A stretch of DNA of 64,000 bases from the human T2T-CHM13v2.0 reference genome, Homo sapiens (GCF_009914755.1 NC_060941.1), one strand, 5' to 3'. Shown: positions 39,844 through 61,044, numbered from the stretch's first letter. The notes: generated by a model not told the origin, from the sequence alone. Translations and numbers: made by a program.

Positions 39844-40630
39844 CTCTACCAGGGTGTGTTTGTTTGTTGGTTGGTCTGACCTCTATAAAAGTGACATTTT
39901 CTCCCTGTATTTTGTTCCTATCTGCAGGGCTGATTTGTAGCTAGGAACCTGGTCATATCTCAAGTCACAGTCAAATATGTATGGGGGTAACTAATAACTC
40001 TCTTCATTAGAGAGAACAACACTGAGGTGCTGGGGGGTGTCCTGGAGAACACAGAACTGAGAAGGGTGAAGGACTCTCATCACTTTTCTCCAGTTGCCAG
40101 CAAGGGTGGAGGGAAGCAGAGGTGGGAGGAGAGTTAGGTCACTTGATCTAGAGGTGAGAGTATTTGCCAGGCATCAGAAGGTCTGAGTGTGAATTCTACT
40201 AGACCAGACTTCACAGGAGGTCCTTCATCTTCATTTACAACCCTCTGCTATGTAAGAGAAAACAGAAAGGCAGGTATGAGGCATCATCATGACAATGTTG
40301 CCTGTCCCTCATTGACTTTGAGTGGCAAGCTGTGCTTCTTGCTGGAAATGCTTTATTCTTCCAATTCTCATGGCTTAAACACAAACCAAGGCAGAAGGGA
40401 CTCCCATGAGTACATGCCAGGCAGTGGAGGGAGGTGAGGCAGGCCTGGGAGTAAGTGCACCCTCCCAATGGAAGGATAGCTGCTGCCTAGATCTTACATG
40501 CTCTCAAATGGGTTTTTCTTTCTTGCAGGAGGGAAAACATGCTGTGGGCTAAGCAGGATGTGGAATCATGAAACCTATCTTCCTTCCTCACTCTAGGTGT
40601 TGTTCTCACCAGGATGGTGAGAAAGTCTCT

Positions 40631-40941
<311 letters not shown>

Positions 40942-41019
40942 GTTTCTGTGGAAATCAGAACCTGGCTCTGTAAGGGACCTGCAATTATTTGGCTCAGGTT
41001 GCAGCAGCAAAGGTAAAAA

Positions 41020-41460
41020 CCTGCAGATGCTGCTCGATGGTGCCTCACCCATTACCTTCGCCTACTCCAGAGCACAGTCCCTGTACGCGCTGTTGGTTTT
41101 CTGCATCTCTTTGCTCAAGAATGTTCTCTTGTCAAGGAAGCATGGTCTCTCTGCCTGCATGCAGGGCAGGCCTAGAGTGCAAGAGGCAACGCTCCCAACC
41201 AATGAGGGAAGGCAGTTGGGTGGGGACAAATATCCCAAATTTCTTGCTCTTCAGCGCAATTCTGAAGCTTGTTCCACACTTTTCCTCAAAGGATCCCCAG
41301 TGGGATTGGGCCCCACATATTAACACATACCTTCATGAGCTCTCCTCCCTTCCTTGTTTCCCCTCCCTATTTCCTCACAGTTTTATATGACTGCTTCCCA
41401 AATAAAGAGCATGCACTCAAATCCTTATCTGAGGGTCTGCACTGCAGGGAACCCAGCGTA
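41020..41460 (+). mobile_element. LTR16-family (ERVL) LTR
   Basis: 3' end cccaaataaagagcatgcactcaaatccttatctgagggtctgc...gggaaccc resembles LTR16; followed by an ERVL leader. Confidence 0.7.
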
Positions 41461-41520
41461 GGAGAGCTGGGAGCAGAAGCAGCTGTAAGAAAGCATAGCC
41501 TCAGGATGGAATTCTGGACT

Positions 41521-41960
41521 TGGACTAGTTCGTTCTCACACTGCTATAAAGAACTATCTCAGATTGGGTAATTTATAAAGAAAAGAGGTTTAATTGACTC
41601 ACAGTTCCACAGGCTCAACAGGAAGCATGGCTGGAAGGCCTCAGAAAACTTACAATCATGGTGGAAGGCAAAGGGAAAGCAGGTGTGTCTTACCATGGCA
41701 GAGCAGGAGAGAGGGAGAGGGAGGGAGGGAGGGAGAGGGACAGAGAGGGAGAGAGAGAGAGAGAGAGTGAGCGAGCAAAGGGGGAAGTGCCAGACACTTT
41801 TAAACCATCAGATCTCGTGAGAACTCATTCACTATCATGAGAACAGTAAGGGAGAAGTCAGCCCAATGATTTAATCACCTCCCACCAGGCCCCTCCTCCA
41901 AAACGTGGGGACTGCAATTCGGCATGAGATTTGGGTGGGGACACAGAGCCAAACCATATT
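41521..41960 (-). mobile_element. MSTA-like LTR with internal (GA)n
   Basis: MST motifs; inserted in the ERVL leader. Confidence 0.88.
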
Positions 41961-42122
41961 AGACCTCATTGCTTGTGGTAGGCAGGACAGCAAAGCTCCT
42001 GAGTGCCACAGCAGCAGAACTGCAAACCCTCACCTGTGGTAGATGGGATGAGAAACAGGTGGAAGGAGAAACTGGGTCATGCAATATCTCCAGCACTGGA
42101 AAGATACAGGGGCAAAGTAAAA

Positions 42123-42693
<571 letters not shown>

Positions 42694-43209
42694 TAAGGGT
42701 AGTGGAATTAGTTGGCTTTAGTTAATAGTCATAAAAACCTTGAAAAAACAGAATGACAGGCTGACGTCAGCCTATTATCAACTTAGAGCACACTGTGAAA
42801 GCCAGAATGCCACCATTTAGATAGACCCTCCACTCCTGCAGATAGAACGCAGGCTCTGCAGAGGGTACGATGAAGTTACAGAAATGGGTTGGCCAGGCCC
42901 CTTTGTCACGTCCTGTGCCAATGCCTCTTCATTAGCTCACACCTGTGGCCTTACGAGAGTTCCCCTATGACCAGCAAATAGAGAAGGAAAAAAGCTAGGC
43001 TACAGAAGGATCACCTTGGTATATTGGTACAAGCTGAATAGGGACAACTGTAGCCCTATTTAGAGGTGGCCCTGAAAGAAAGTCATCAGGGAAAACCCTC
43101 CCAGTGGGCAGAGCTTAGAGCATGCATTACATTTGGTCATCAAATTTGTATGGATGGCAAAGTGGTCAGAGGTGAAGATATATATGGACTCCTGGACCAT
43201 GAAGAATAG

Positions 43210-43692
<483 letters not shown>

Positions 43693-43777
43693 TAATTTTT
43701 TAATTTTTTAATTGCCTATTTTTAAGAACCAGCATTGGAGATATTTATGTTTTCTGTCAATAATTATCAGAGGGCAT

Positions 43778-44201
43778 TGCACTAGTCTGTTCTCTCACTG
43801 CTATAAATAAATACCTGAGACTGGGTAATTTATAAAGAAAAGAGGTTTAATTGGCTCACAGTTCCCCAGGCTGTACAGGAAACATGGCAGCATCTGCTCC
43901 TAGGGAGGCCTCAGGGAGCTGTTACTCATGGTGGAAGGCAAAACGAGAGCAGGCATCTTACATGGAAGGAGCAGGGGCAGGAGCAAAAGATAAAGTTGGG
44001 AGGGCCCACACACTTTTAAACAAGCAGATCTTGTGAGAACTCACTCATCATCACGAGAATAGCACTGAGGGGATGGTGCTAAACCATTCATGAAAGATCT
44101 ATCCCGATGATCCAATCATCTCCCACCAGGCCCCACCTCCAACACTGGGGATTACAACTGGACATGAGATTTGGGTGGGGACACACAGCCAAATAATATC
44201 A
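43778..44201 (-). mobile_element. MST solo LTR
   Basis: 5-bp TSD ggcat/ggcat. Confidence 0.9.
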
Positions 44202-44563
44202 GGCATCATCAACCTCAGAAATCTCAATAGCCAGGTGGATACACTAACTCACTTAGTGGATGTGAGCCATTCTCTGTTGCTCCTCCATGCCCCAGTGCTG
44301 ACCAACAAATGGCTCTGTGAGCGGAGTATCCCTAGTGGCAGGGGTGCAGGCTATGCATGGGCCTATGCTTGGGCTCCCTTGAACAAGCCTGATCTAGCTT
44401 CTGCTGCTGCTCCTGAATGTCTGACGTGTCAGCACCATGGCTAAGCCACTGATATGGTACAGTCTCTTGAGGAGATTAATCTACCACTCAGAGGCAGGTT
44501 GATTACATCAGAGCCTTTCTGCCCTGGAGTGGGTGGTGATCTGCCCTAACTGGAATTGCCAGG

Positions 44564-44920
44564 CACGTTAGTTCGTTCTTACAGTGCTTTAAAGATACTA
44601 TCCAAGACTAGGTAATTTATAAAGAAAAGAGGTTTGATTGACTCACAGTTCCGCATGGCTGGGGGGGCTTCAGGAAACTTACAATCATGTCGGAAGGTGA
44701 AGCAGGCACGTCTTACATGGCAGCAGGTGAGAGTGTGCGAAAGGAGGAGAGTCCCTTATAAAACCACCAGATCTCATGAGAACTCACTCTGTATAATGAG
44801 AACAGCATGGGGAAAACCACTCCCATGATCCAGTCACCTCTCACTAGGTCCTTCCCTTGACACATGGGGATTACAATTCGAGATGAGATTTGGGTGGGGA
44901 CACAAGGCCAAACCATATCA
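44564..44920 (-). mobile_element. MST/THE1 solo LTR splitting the integrase motif LTGI|YS..GFSFPA
   Basis: MaLR motifs ending ccaaaccatatca. Confidence 0.88.
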
Positions 44921-45779
44921 GCATGTATTCCAGGCATGGGTTTTCTTTTCCTGCTCAGCCATCCCAGTGTTTGCTCAATGGGTCCAGGTATAAAGAGGCC
45001 ATAGTGGAGACACATTATTCTCTTCCCAAGGTGGATTTGGCTATTGCTACCTCTGAGTGCCCAACCTGCCAACAGCAGAGATCAACACTAAGCTCCTGAA
45101 ATTCCTTGGGGGACCAGCTGGCTAACCAGGGGCAAGTGGATTTCACTGGGCCCTTTCCCATCATGGGGGTGGGGAGAAGCACTTTGTCCACTTGGGGATA
45201 GACATGTATCCCGGCTATGGATTTGCATGCCCTACTTTCAGCACTTCACCGGCATCCTGTTTCATGGTCTTATAGAATGCTTCGTCTCTCACCCTGGTGT
45301 CCTTCACAGCATGTAAAATGCCAACCAGGGGACACATTTTATGGCAAAGGAAGTGTGATAATGGGCCAATGCTCACAGAATTCCTTGTCTTGGCAAGTGG
45401 CCCCTCAGCAGGAAGCAGCAGCGTGACAGAACAGAGTAAGGGTCTGCTGAAGGCTCAGTGGCCTGCCAGCAGGGAGCCCATACCTTGTGCCTTTGGGCTT
45501 GCCCTGCAGCACACCGGCCATCCCCTAACATTGCAGGGCTAAGGCAAGAATAGGGAACAGAGGCAGACACACCATATGTCTAAATATTTTAAAGTTACAA
45601 ATGAGGCTCACCTTCTGCCTTCCTGTCTTAACAATCACATCTTCATAAGGAACTGGAAACCCCGATTTGAACTGAGAGTTTTTGTCTTTGTAGTGCAAGG
45701 CAAGTCAGCTTCCTACAGCAGCCTGTGGACCACTCCCTTCCCTCTCCAATCACTGGCTTTGTCCTTCCATAATATGGTA

Positions 45780-45847
45780 TGAACACCCAAGCCTCTGTCC
45801 ACATGTCCTGCATGTGAACATCCCAAGCTCTGTCCACATGTCCTGCA
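45780..45847. repeat. Two-copy ~35-bp tandem repeat
   Basis: tgaacacccaagcctctgtccacatgtcctgca followed by tgaacatcccaagctctgtccacatgtcctgca. Confidence 0.85.
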
Positions 45848-47092
45848 AACAGTTGACTCGGGGCCACCCCTTGGGCCCAGGGGTGTGCACACTGCTGGCA
45901 GTGGCACAGATCTCAGGAAGAGCACTGCACAGACTTTGGAAGTGGGCAGGGAATTGTAGGGTCCTGGGCACTGGAGGTGCCTGGGCTGGGGCGGGGGTGG
46001 GGGGCACATGGGCTCTAAGGAAGTACAACCCCTTGACATAGACTCCTCATCCTGTGAGGTCAGTGTCACAAGAGAAACAGCAGGTCCTCTGAAACACAGG
46101 CCTAAGTCAGGGCCCCTTTTGCCATACATCGTAAACCAGTGGCTGGAACATGTCTTCTTTGCCTTAGCCCGGGTGCATGGTTTGGGGAACAAAGAGTGAA
46201 AGTTGAGTATCTCCCTCACTATTACACCTCGTAGACTGCTTGAATAATTTCTGCTTCCCATCCCCATGATCCTGAATTTGGGGGATGTGAAGGTTCTAGT
46301 GCACAGTGGAGTGTTCTTGTTGGAATGCACGGTCATGGTTTCACTGAATTAGGAGCTGAAACTGCCTTCCGGGAGTTTGGAAAGAGAGATGCGGAATGTG
46401 GTAGAGAGGTAATATTCAAGTTAGTCGGCCTCCTTGTTTTTCTTTGTCTCCCCCTTGCACCTGCTCTGCCCTGATTTTACTGCTGAGGACACCTGGACCA
46501 AACAGAGGAAAGGTGAATTGGTCTCTCTCTGTCCTGGAGCCGGGATACAAGCTTCTTCTCCCGCCCTTGGAAATCAGAACTTCAGGTTCTCCGGTGTGGC
46601 CACAGATGTGAGGCAGATAGTATTTTCCCCAAGGTAATGGTGGGGGAGAAGCAAAAGCACAACTCCGGCGGCTACTCCCCTACTTTAAACACCCACAGGC
46701 GTCTGGCCGCCAGCCAAAGCTCCTGCCCTACGCTTGGCACAGACCCCTCCGCCTCTGGGGCTTTTCACAAACTTCCCATTGCATGGTGTCTTTCCTTTAT
46801 GGTTAGTTCAGCATATTGGTAAAAACCAGAAGCACATCACAGTTCATTTCTAAATAGCAACCTCAACTGAGATTTTTCTCTTTAATTCGTTCATTTTTTA
46901 GGATTATGTGTCTTAATTTCCTGGCCTGTGCGCGTGCGCGTGCGGATTCTAACCGCACTGCATTGTGGTTATGAATATGATCTGTAACTTATCCATTTTT
47001 GGGGAAACCCTTTTGCTCATAGTAAATGGTCCATTTACTATGGTCCATTTTGTAAATATTCATATGTGTGCTTAAAAAGAATGTATATTCCC

Positions 47093-47817
<725 letters not shown>

Positions 47818-48471
47818 AATTGCTATATATTCTTGTAAGAGTGTTCCTTTTATCTTTACAAAATGCTACTCTTTATTTCTGTCAATAGACATTGTTTAAA
47901 ATTTTATTTTTCTGATTTTAGTATTGTTTTACCAGCTTCCTTTTAGTTACTTGCCTAGTAAATATCTTCCCATTCTTTCCTATTTAATCTTGCTGTATGG
48001 TTTTTCTTTTGTTTTTAGATATGCCTTACAAACAAGACTTTTACATGAGTTAAGTCCATTCATATTGATCACAATTTCTCATACAGTTGGATATATTTCT
48101 AACATCTTATTTGGAGTTTTTGGATACCCATGCTTTTTTACTTTCATACTCCCTAGTATTCTTCTGCTTTCTGTTGGATTAAGACTTTTTTCTTTTTCAT
48201 TTTTTCCCCTTCTCTATTGGTTTGGAAGATATGCATTTATTTCTATACTTTTAACTATTACTCTTACATTTTTAACATAATGTGCTTGTCCTTATAGTTT
48301 TCCATCAAAATCTCATGCTGATTAGAACACCTTTTTTCTTTCTAAACAAGACAAGAATTTTACTCCCTTTGTTGCTTCACTCCAAACGTTCCTTTTCCAT
48401 GTTTTATGCTCTTGTTTTCTAATACTCACATTTACAAATATTTAATATTTTAGGTTTAGAGTTTTAGGCAC

Positions 48472-48935
48472 TGTGATGGTTAATTTTAGGTGTCAGCTTG
48501 ATTGGATTAATGAATACTTGGAAAACTGGTAAAGCATTATTTTTGGGTGTATCTGGGAAGTGTTTCCAGAGGAGACTGGTGTGTGAGTCTAAGTGGACTA
48601 AGTGGAGAAGACACACCCTTGATGTGGGCAGGCACCATCCAATTGGTTGGGGGCCCTGATAGAACAAAAACAGAGGACAGGTGAACCGGTCTCTCTCTCT
48701 GTCCTGGAGCTGGGGTACACTCTTCTCCTGCCCTTGGAAATCAGAACTCTAGCTTCCCTGGCCTATGGACTCCAGGACATAGACCAGTGGCACCCCAGGT
48801 TCTCAGTCCTTCAGACTTGAACTGAGCCATGCTGCCAGCATCCCAGGGCCTCCAGCTTGCAGACGGCCTGTTGTGTGACTTCGCAGCTCCTAAATTCGTG
48901 TAAGTCAATTCTCCTAATGAATCCCCTCTCCCCTC

Positions 48936-49027
<92 letters not shown>

Positions 49028-49060
49028 TATTTGTCTCTCTGGAGAACTTTGATGGATACA
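48472..49060 (+). mobile_element. MLT2B-like (ERVL) solo LTR with (TC)n(TA)n microsatellite (48939-49024)
   Basis: tgtgatggttaattttaggtgtcagcttgattggatt...tctctggagaac...ataca. Confidence 0.88.
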
Positions 49061-49097
49061 GGCACACACAACATAGTCATTATTTATAATCATGTAA

Positions 49098-49431
<334 letters not shown>

Positions 49432-49759
49432 TAAACCCATTTGTTTTATTAGCTTCTATGCTTAGTATTTCTCGTTGCATCCCACTAACTTCTTTCTGGG
49501 TTTATTTTCTTTCACTCATGTACGTCCTTTAGTAGGTATTTCAGAAGGAATATTGGCGTCAAAAAAACACTCTTAGTCTTTGTTAAGTCCGAATATGTCT
49601 AATTCACCTCACCCTTGAAGTTGAGTATAAGATTCTAAACTGACAGTTATTTCTCCCCAGAACTTTGAGGGTATAATTCAATTGTCTTCTGACATCTGTT
49701 GTTACTAATGAAAAGGCTGCTGCCACTCTGAGTATCATTTTCTTGTTAGAAACCTATTT

Positions 49760-50035
49760 GGGGCGGCTGTGATGGCTCACACCCATAGTCCCAGCTCTTT
49801 GGGAGGCTGAGGAGAGAGGATCACTTGAGCCCAGGAGACCAGCCTGGGCAACATGGCAAAGCCCCGAGTGTACCAAAAAAAACCCCCCCAAATTAGTTGG
49901 GCGTTGTGGTGCGCACTTGTAGAGGCTGAGGTGGGAGGATCACTTGAGCCTGGGCCACTGCACTCCAGGCCGGTTAACAGTGCAAGACTCTGTCTCCAAA
50001 AAATTTAAAAAATAAAAAATAAAAATAATAAAAAG
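49760..50035 (+). mobile_element. AluJ with internal deletions
   Basis: Degenerate dimer. Confidence 0.8.
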
Positions 50036-50220
50036 GAAACCTATTAGCATTTGCCTCTTTTTCTGGTAGTTTTAAGTTTTTCCTTTTAATCATTGGTCTT
50101 CTGCAGTTTACCACAATCTGTGGATTTATTTTTATTTATCCTGCTCAGAACTTGGCATGTGTTTTTCAGACAGGATGCATACTCCTTACTTCAGTTCTGG
50201 ACAATTCTTAGCTATTCACT

Positions 50221-52946
<2,726 letters not shown>

Positions 52947-53192
52947 TGATTCAGTTTTTAATTTAGTTTGACAGCTGAGGGTTTCCACAGGTAAGCAGTG
53001 CAAACTCAGTTTAATCAAAGATGTTTACATAGTTGCTGTATTTTTAAAAGAGTGAGGATCAATAAAGGGCTCAAATTCATTCCTGCCTTGGGCAAAAGTA
53101 AACACCACCCATTAGGGGTGTTACAGTAGCTTCCTCCCCATAGGTGTTGTATGTGTCCCCAAGTCCAGTGGCAAAGCCTTTGCCTAGTATGG

Positions 53193-54472
<1,280 letters not shown>

Positions 54473-55594
54473 CCCCTAGCAGTCTTTAAGTGCTCAAAGC
54501 TAAAAAGAGTTTACAATCCTGAGGGTGTGTGCATAAACGGAGACAGGATATAAACAAGACTGAATAATGGGACAGATAAGCCCTGGCTTGCTAATCTATC
54601 ACAGATAAAGCGATGTGGTTAGAAGCTCCTGGAACTTTTTCTATGGTTAAATCCGAAGCAATGCAGAATTCCACTCCAGCTCACCACCTCTCTTTAGTCA
54701 TCCTGCGGTTCCTAGGCCTGGGACCTTACAGCACTGCCATCAGGCACCCAACCAAACCTTGTGATGTCAGGTACCCTGAGGCTTACACAGTGCCACCTGT
54801 GTAAGTGGCACCTGTGATTGGATGAGTCACCTTTGTAAACAGTGCAGGTAGAAAATATGGTTACAAATAACTGCAAACAAAATCTGCACACTCATCACTT
54901 GACTACCTAGGTTCTCAATGGAGCCTCTGAACTAACCATGGAATAAATGCAACTGTGTGGTATTCCCAGGGGAGTCAGATAACAGGCAGACAATGCCACT
55001 AGATGCCCTTTAGAGTGGAAGGTCATTTTGTTCCTCAGCAAAATGGCCCTAGAGAAGTTGGGAGCTGATGGGGGTGTCACTGAGTAATGGATGAATGACT
55101 CCAAGCATGGACAAAAGCTGCCTGTGTAGCTTTGGTGGTAACTGTGGCTGGCTCTCCTACTAGTACTATGTTCTCTTTATTTACTTGAGAACAAGTTTGC
55201 CAGGTCCAGGTGATGAAAAGCAGTGCCCCTAGATCATCTCTGTCCCTGCTTTCCTGTCTGGGCCTGTGCATGGGCAGAACAGATCCCCTTAAGAGAGTCA
55301 CAGCTCTGACAAACCAAGAAACTTTCTTAACGTGTTTGAGTAGAACAGGGAGTCAGTGGTACATGGAGAGCTGAGGATTTACAGATGGAATGGATATTTA
55401 TTAAGTATTCCAAATCCAGCCAGGGCCTGAAATTCATGGGCATGATGGCATAAAGACTGTGTGGCTCTGTAACACAGGATGAGAGATGTGAGAGAGCTGT
55501 GGCCACTGGTTGGGACATTATAAATTAGTCAGAATGAGTCACAACTAGAGCTAAACAGAAGAGGGCACAAGGATAATTCTCTTAAAATTTGTGT

Positions 55595-55926
55595 GGGCTG
55601 GGCATGGTGGCTCATGCCTGTAATCCCAGCACTTTGGGAGGCCGAGGCGGGACAATTGCTTGAGCCCAGTAGTTCAAAACCAGCCTGGGTAACATGGTGA
55701 AACCTCATCTCTACACACACACAGACACACACACACACACGAACAAAAAAACAAACAAAAAACCTACTGGGTGTGATGGTGCATGCCTGTAGTCTCAGCT
55801 ATTTGGGAGGCTGAGGTAGGAGGATCACTTGAGCCTAAGAAGCAAGTGAAGCCTGCAGTGAGCCATGATCATGCCACTGCACTCCAGCCTGGGTGACAGA
55901 GTGAGATCTCATCTGAAAAAAAAAAA
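55595..55926 (+). mobile_element. AluJ with (CA)n in the linker
   Basis: Alu dimer. Confidence 0.88.
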
Positions 55927-56116
55927 TTCTGTGGCTTCCTGAAGCACAGGCTGGAGGATACTGAGCTGTGTGTTGAAGAGGAAAATACTGGTATCAGTTA
56001 ACACTTGGTCTTTGACATGAGGATTCTAGCTTATAGCCTGATGTGGTATTTAACATCCTCATCCAGCCATGGAAATATCCCCTTTAGAGCCAGGTACTGA
56101 ATATATGGAAAAAAAT

Positions 56117-57002
<886 letters not shown>

Positions 57003-57624
57003 CCACGAAGGGTACTTCTTTACGGAGCCAGCTCAATTCTCCCTCACAATTTTCATACATAGGCCACAAATATTAGAAAAAGATCACCAAGAAATGTAGT
57101 AGCTTGGCAGTGCAAGGATAGAATCATTTTAAAATAACAGCTTTATGCCTTAGCCATAAAATACAGCTGAAATCACTGCTGCCGATGAAACTCTGTGGCT
57201 GGTGCCAGAACGGTACATAACTTGGAAACAGAAATTGTGGGAAGTGGCTTCAGAATTTAATAACGAACATTTTATTATTTTCAGAAGTATAGGAAACTGT
57301 GTTAATGTTTATAAATATCAAACACTGGGAATTTATGGTCATAAATGCCAACCAAGAAAAAAAAAGGACACCCGTTTGTAGAAAAGTGAAAGTTCAGCTA
57401 CCTTATGTCCTGGTTGGTGCTTTTTGGATAAGAAAGCTGTGATGTTAATACTTAAAATCACCTCCCATGTGGTCCAAACCCACAGATCCTAGATCTCAAA
57501 TTCTTATGTGGAAATTTGGGATTCTCGTAAATTTCAAAAGCCAACATATCTTCTTGGAACCTTCCATTTTCTTCCAATACTCAGATATAGAAAGAGAAAA
57601 AATGGAGTCTTAAGAAAGCTATTG

Positions 57625-57982
<358 letters not shown>

Positions 57983-58004
57983 CTATTTTAAGGAGGTGTA
58001 TAAA

Positions 58005-58415
58005 GCTACTGTTTACCATAACAGTGTTGTGTAACAAACCACCCCAAAGTTAGTGGGATCCAACAGTAAGCAGTAACTATCACACTCATGCTCACAGGTC
58101 AGTCAGTGGGTCAGCCAGAGCAGCTCTGCTTCACGATCTCTCATTCCTCAGGAGCCACAACATTTTCTTCCCATGACAATGGCAGTGGCATAAGCAAAGT
58201 TAATAGAAACATGCAACGCCCCTGAAGTCCTGGGCTCGTTCTGGCACACTGTCACTTCGTCCCATACCCCATTGGCTAATGCAAGTCACACGGCCAATCC
58301 CAACACTAGTGGAGTGGGAAAGTATACTTAACCTCTGATGGGAGGAACTACTAATCTAATACCAAGTCACATCACAGAGGGCACAGATACAACTGGGAAC
58401 TATAATATCATCTAC
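58005..58415 (-). mobile_element. Old MLT1 LTR
   Basis: gtgtaacaaaccaccccaaagttagtgg...ccattggctaatgcaagtcacacggcca. Confidence 0.7.
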
Positions 58416-58417
58416 TT

Positions 58418-58721
<304 letters not shown>

Positions 58722-58779
58722 CTAGGTGGTACGTTCACCAGCAGTTTAGCGCGAGGAGGTGCATATGACCCGGGATTGT

Positions 58780-59230
58780 GATGACAACGTCGAGAGGTTG
58801 AGAAAGATGAAAACATATCTAACGTGTACAGGCATACATTAGACTTAGCAATGATGATCATTGGTGACCTTAGCAAAAGCAATGCTGGTGACACAGTGGC
58901 GTGGAGTCCTGGTGGGGAGATTAAGAACCGTGGCAGATGGGGGAATGGTGGCATCAAAGATACACAACTCTTTAGGAAAATCTGGAGGAAGGGAGGAATA
59001 AAGGAAGGAGAACAGCAGCTGAAGAGAAAAACAGAGCAGACTTTTTTGTTTTTAGTAAGAGAAATGTGAGCATGTTTAAATATTGCCTGTAAGGGTCCAG
59101 TAGAGAGGGAGAAGTTGAAGATACAGGAGATTGAGAGGCTATTGAAAGGGTGAGGCTCTGAGAAGGGGGCAGGGAGGGACCCAGGGAACAAGTAGGACTT
59201 GCACTGTGACTAGGAGAGGGACCTCACCAG
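58780..59230 (-). mobile_element. L2 fragment
   Basis: ttagcaatgatgatcattggtgaccttagcaaaagca...gagagggagaagttgaagatacaggag. Confidence 0.65.
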
Positions 59231-60624
59231 GTCCTACTCGACTTACAATGAACTTAGAGGTGACATCAATTCCCTCATCCTTTTCACAAGCGGTGTGGTT
59301 ATTCCCTGAGTCCATTTTCCAGTAACAGACCAACAGCACAAATCTGAATATCCCTCTGACCGTTTCACTAGTAGATAGAACCAACATTGGTTTTGTTTCT
59401 GTCATCTAGTATATTAGTCACACCTCTCATCTTTGAATCATCTACCAAGTGCCATCGATATACAAATTAATATTTATTCTTCTTATCTTTATTCTAAGAG
59501 TGTTGGTGTGAGAAGGTGGAGATTATTATAGGGAAAGGATGGGCCAAAAGGAGAGAGTAGAAGTTGAGGCCCAGGGAGGTGAAGCTCAAGGACACACAGA
59601 GCTGGGCACAGTTGGAGCTGGGATCATGGTTGGGTCTCTTGCATCTTGGCTTAGGGCTCCGCCACAATTAGATAGCCCAGTGAGAAATGCGGAGCCTCAT
59701 AAATCCCGCTTTGTCCTTTATTCCATGTTTAGTATGTTATCTGTAGATACGAATTTAAGAGCTGGGCAAACTCCAGTGTCATGCTAATGAATTTTTTTTC
59801 AGCTATAATTAACACCTGGCTAAAACAGCTAAAGCAGCCAGGCCATTGATCACCACTTTGCCTGGAGCCAGGAGAGCCTGCTCCAGGGAGGTTTCAGTGA
59901 CTCACTGAGGACCTAAGCTCATCCTCTTTTCCTGCTCTGCCATTCTCACTAGTGTTTCTCTTCATGGTGGAGATGAAGATGGCATCTCCCCAAATGGAGT
60001 GAGTGGGTCGGGGGCTCTCTTTCTTGGGGGAATCTTTCCCTGAGGTTCCTGGCATGCTTCCCCGAAGCTTCTTCCCAGCCCCAGCCCTAGCCCCTGGCTG
60101 AGCCGCGTAGAAAAGTCTGGCACAACAAGAAGAGCACTGCTGGAATCCTGATGTTTCAAACTCCTTTCCTAAGTGTGGAAGTTCCAGGCTAGGAATTCCA
60201 ACAATTTCAGAACTGGTGGTGTTTGCTTCAAAAGGAGAAATGTTGCTGGAATCCCAGAAGCCACCTTCCTATCCCTGGGTCATTCCTTGTCTCTGAGGAA
60301 GATCTCACTCCTTGTTTACTCTAGAAATGAGTGTTAGTGGGAAAGTCTGCAACAATGTTAGTGAGATCAAGGCCACTCAGCTCTTGTACTCTGTGACTCA
60401 AGCCATTTATCTTATCTTGCTCTTTCCATGTGTTGTGTAATGCCAAGCAAAGCCTTGGAGAGGGGCAGGTTCATTCAGGTGCATTTAGGCCTATAGAGAA
60501 AGGAATAATGTGCTCAGGATACAGAATTTGAAGACATTATGGTGGAATTACATAAGGATGTGAAGGAGTGAATGAAATAGCATTAAAAGAACCTTTGGAG
60601 TCTTAAAAATGTTAGCAAATGAGT

Positions 60625-60865
60625 ATATATAACTATTTAGTATTTACTCCTTTGCCAAACACTGTTCTAAATGCTTTACTTGTATTAACTCTCAATATAC
60701 TTGATAGCCCTTTAAGTTAAGTACTATTATCATTATCATTTTACAGATAAAGCAACTAAAGCACAGAGAGGTTAAGGGACTTGCCCATGGTCACACAGCT
60801 ACAAAGTAGAACAGAAATTTACCCAGACAGTCTGCCTCCAGAGTCTATACTCTTACCCACCTTAT
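60625..60865 (-). mobile_element. MIR
   Basis: cattttacagataaagcaactaaagcacagagaggttaagggacttgcccatggtcacacagct. Confidence 0.85.
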
Positions 60866-60959
60866 TACGCTAACTTACTGCTCCTTAAGAAAATGAAAGA
60901 AATGCAAAATCCATCCAAGCAATGAAGAAATTAGATGCAATCTTTGTGAGGGTTGATCT

Positions 60960-60999
60960 TGTCAACTGAATTGAGGATGTCGAGGCAGAAATGTATTTT

Positions 61000-61044
<45 letters not shown>

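Noticed and set aside
45780-45847. CRISPR-like or prokaryotic defence array
   Set aside because: Only two adjacent copies with no spacers, in clearly primate DNA; no repeat-spacer array or operon anywhere in the window
45713-46336. Longest ORF in the window (207 aa, minus strand)
   Set aside because: Antisense to ERVL remnants, spans an insertion boundary and has no protein-like motifs
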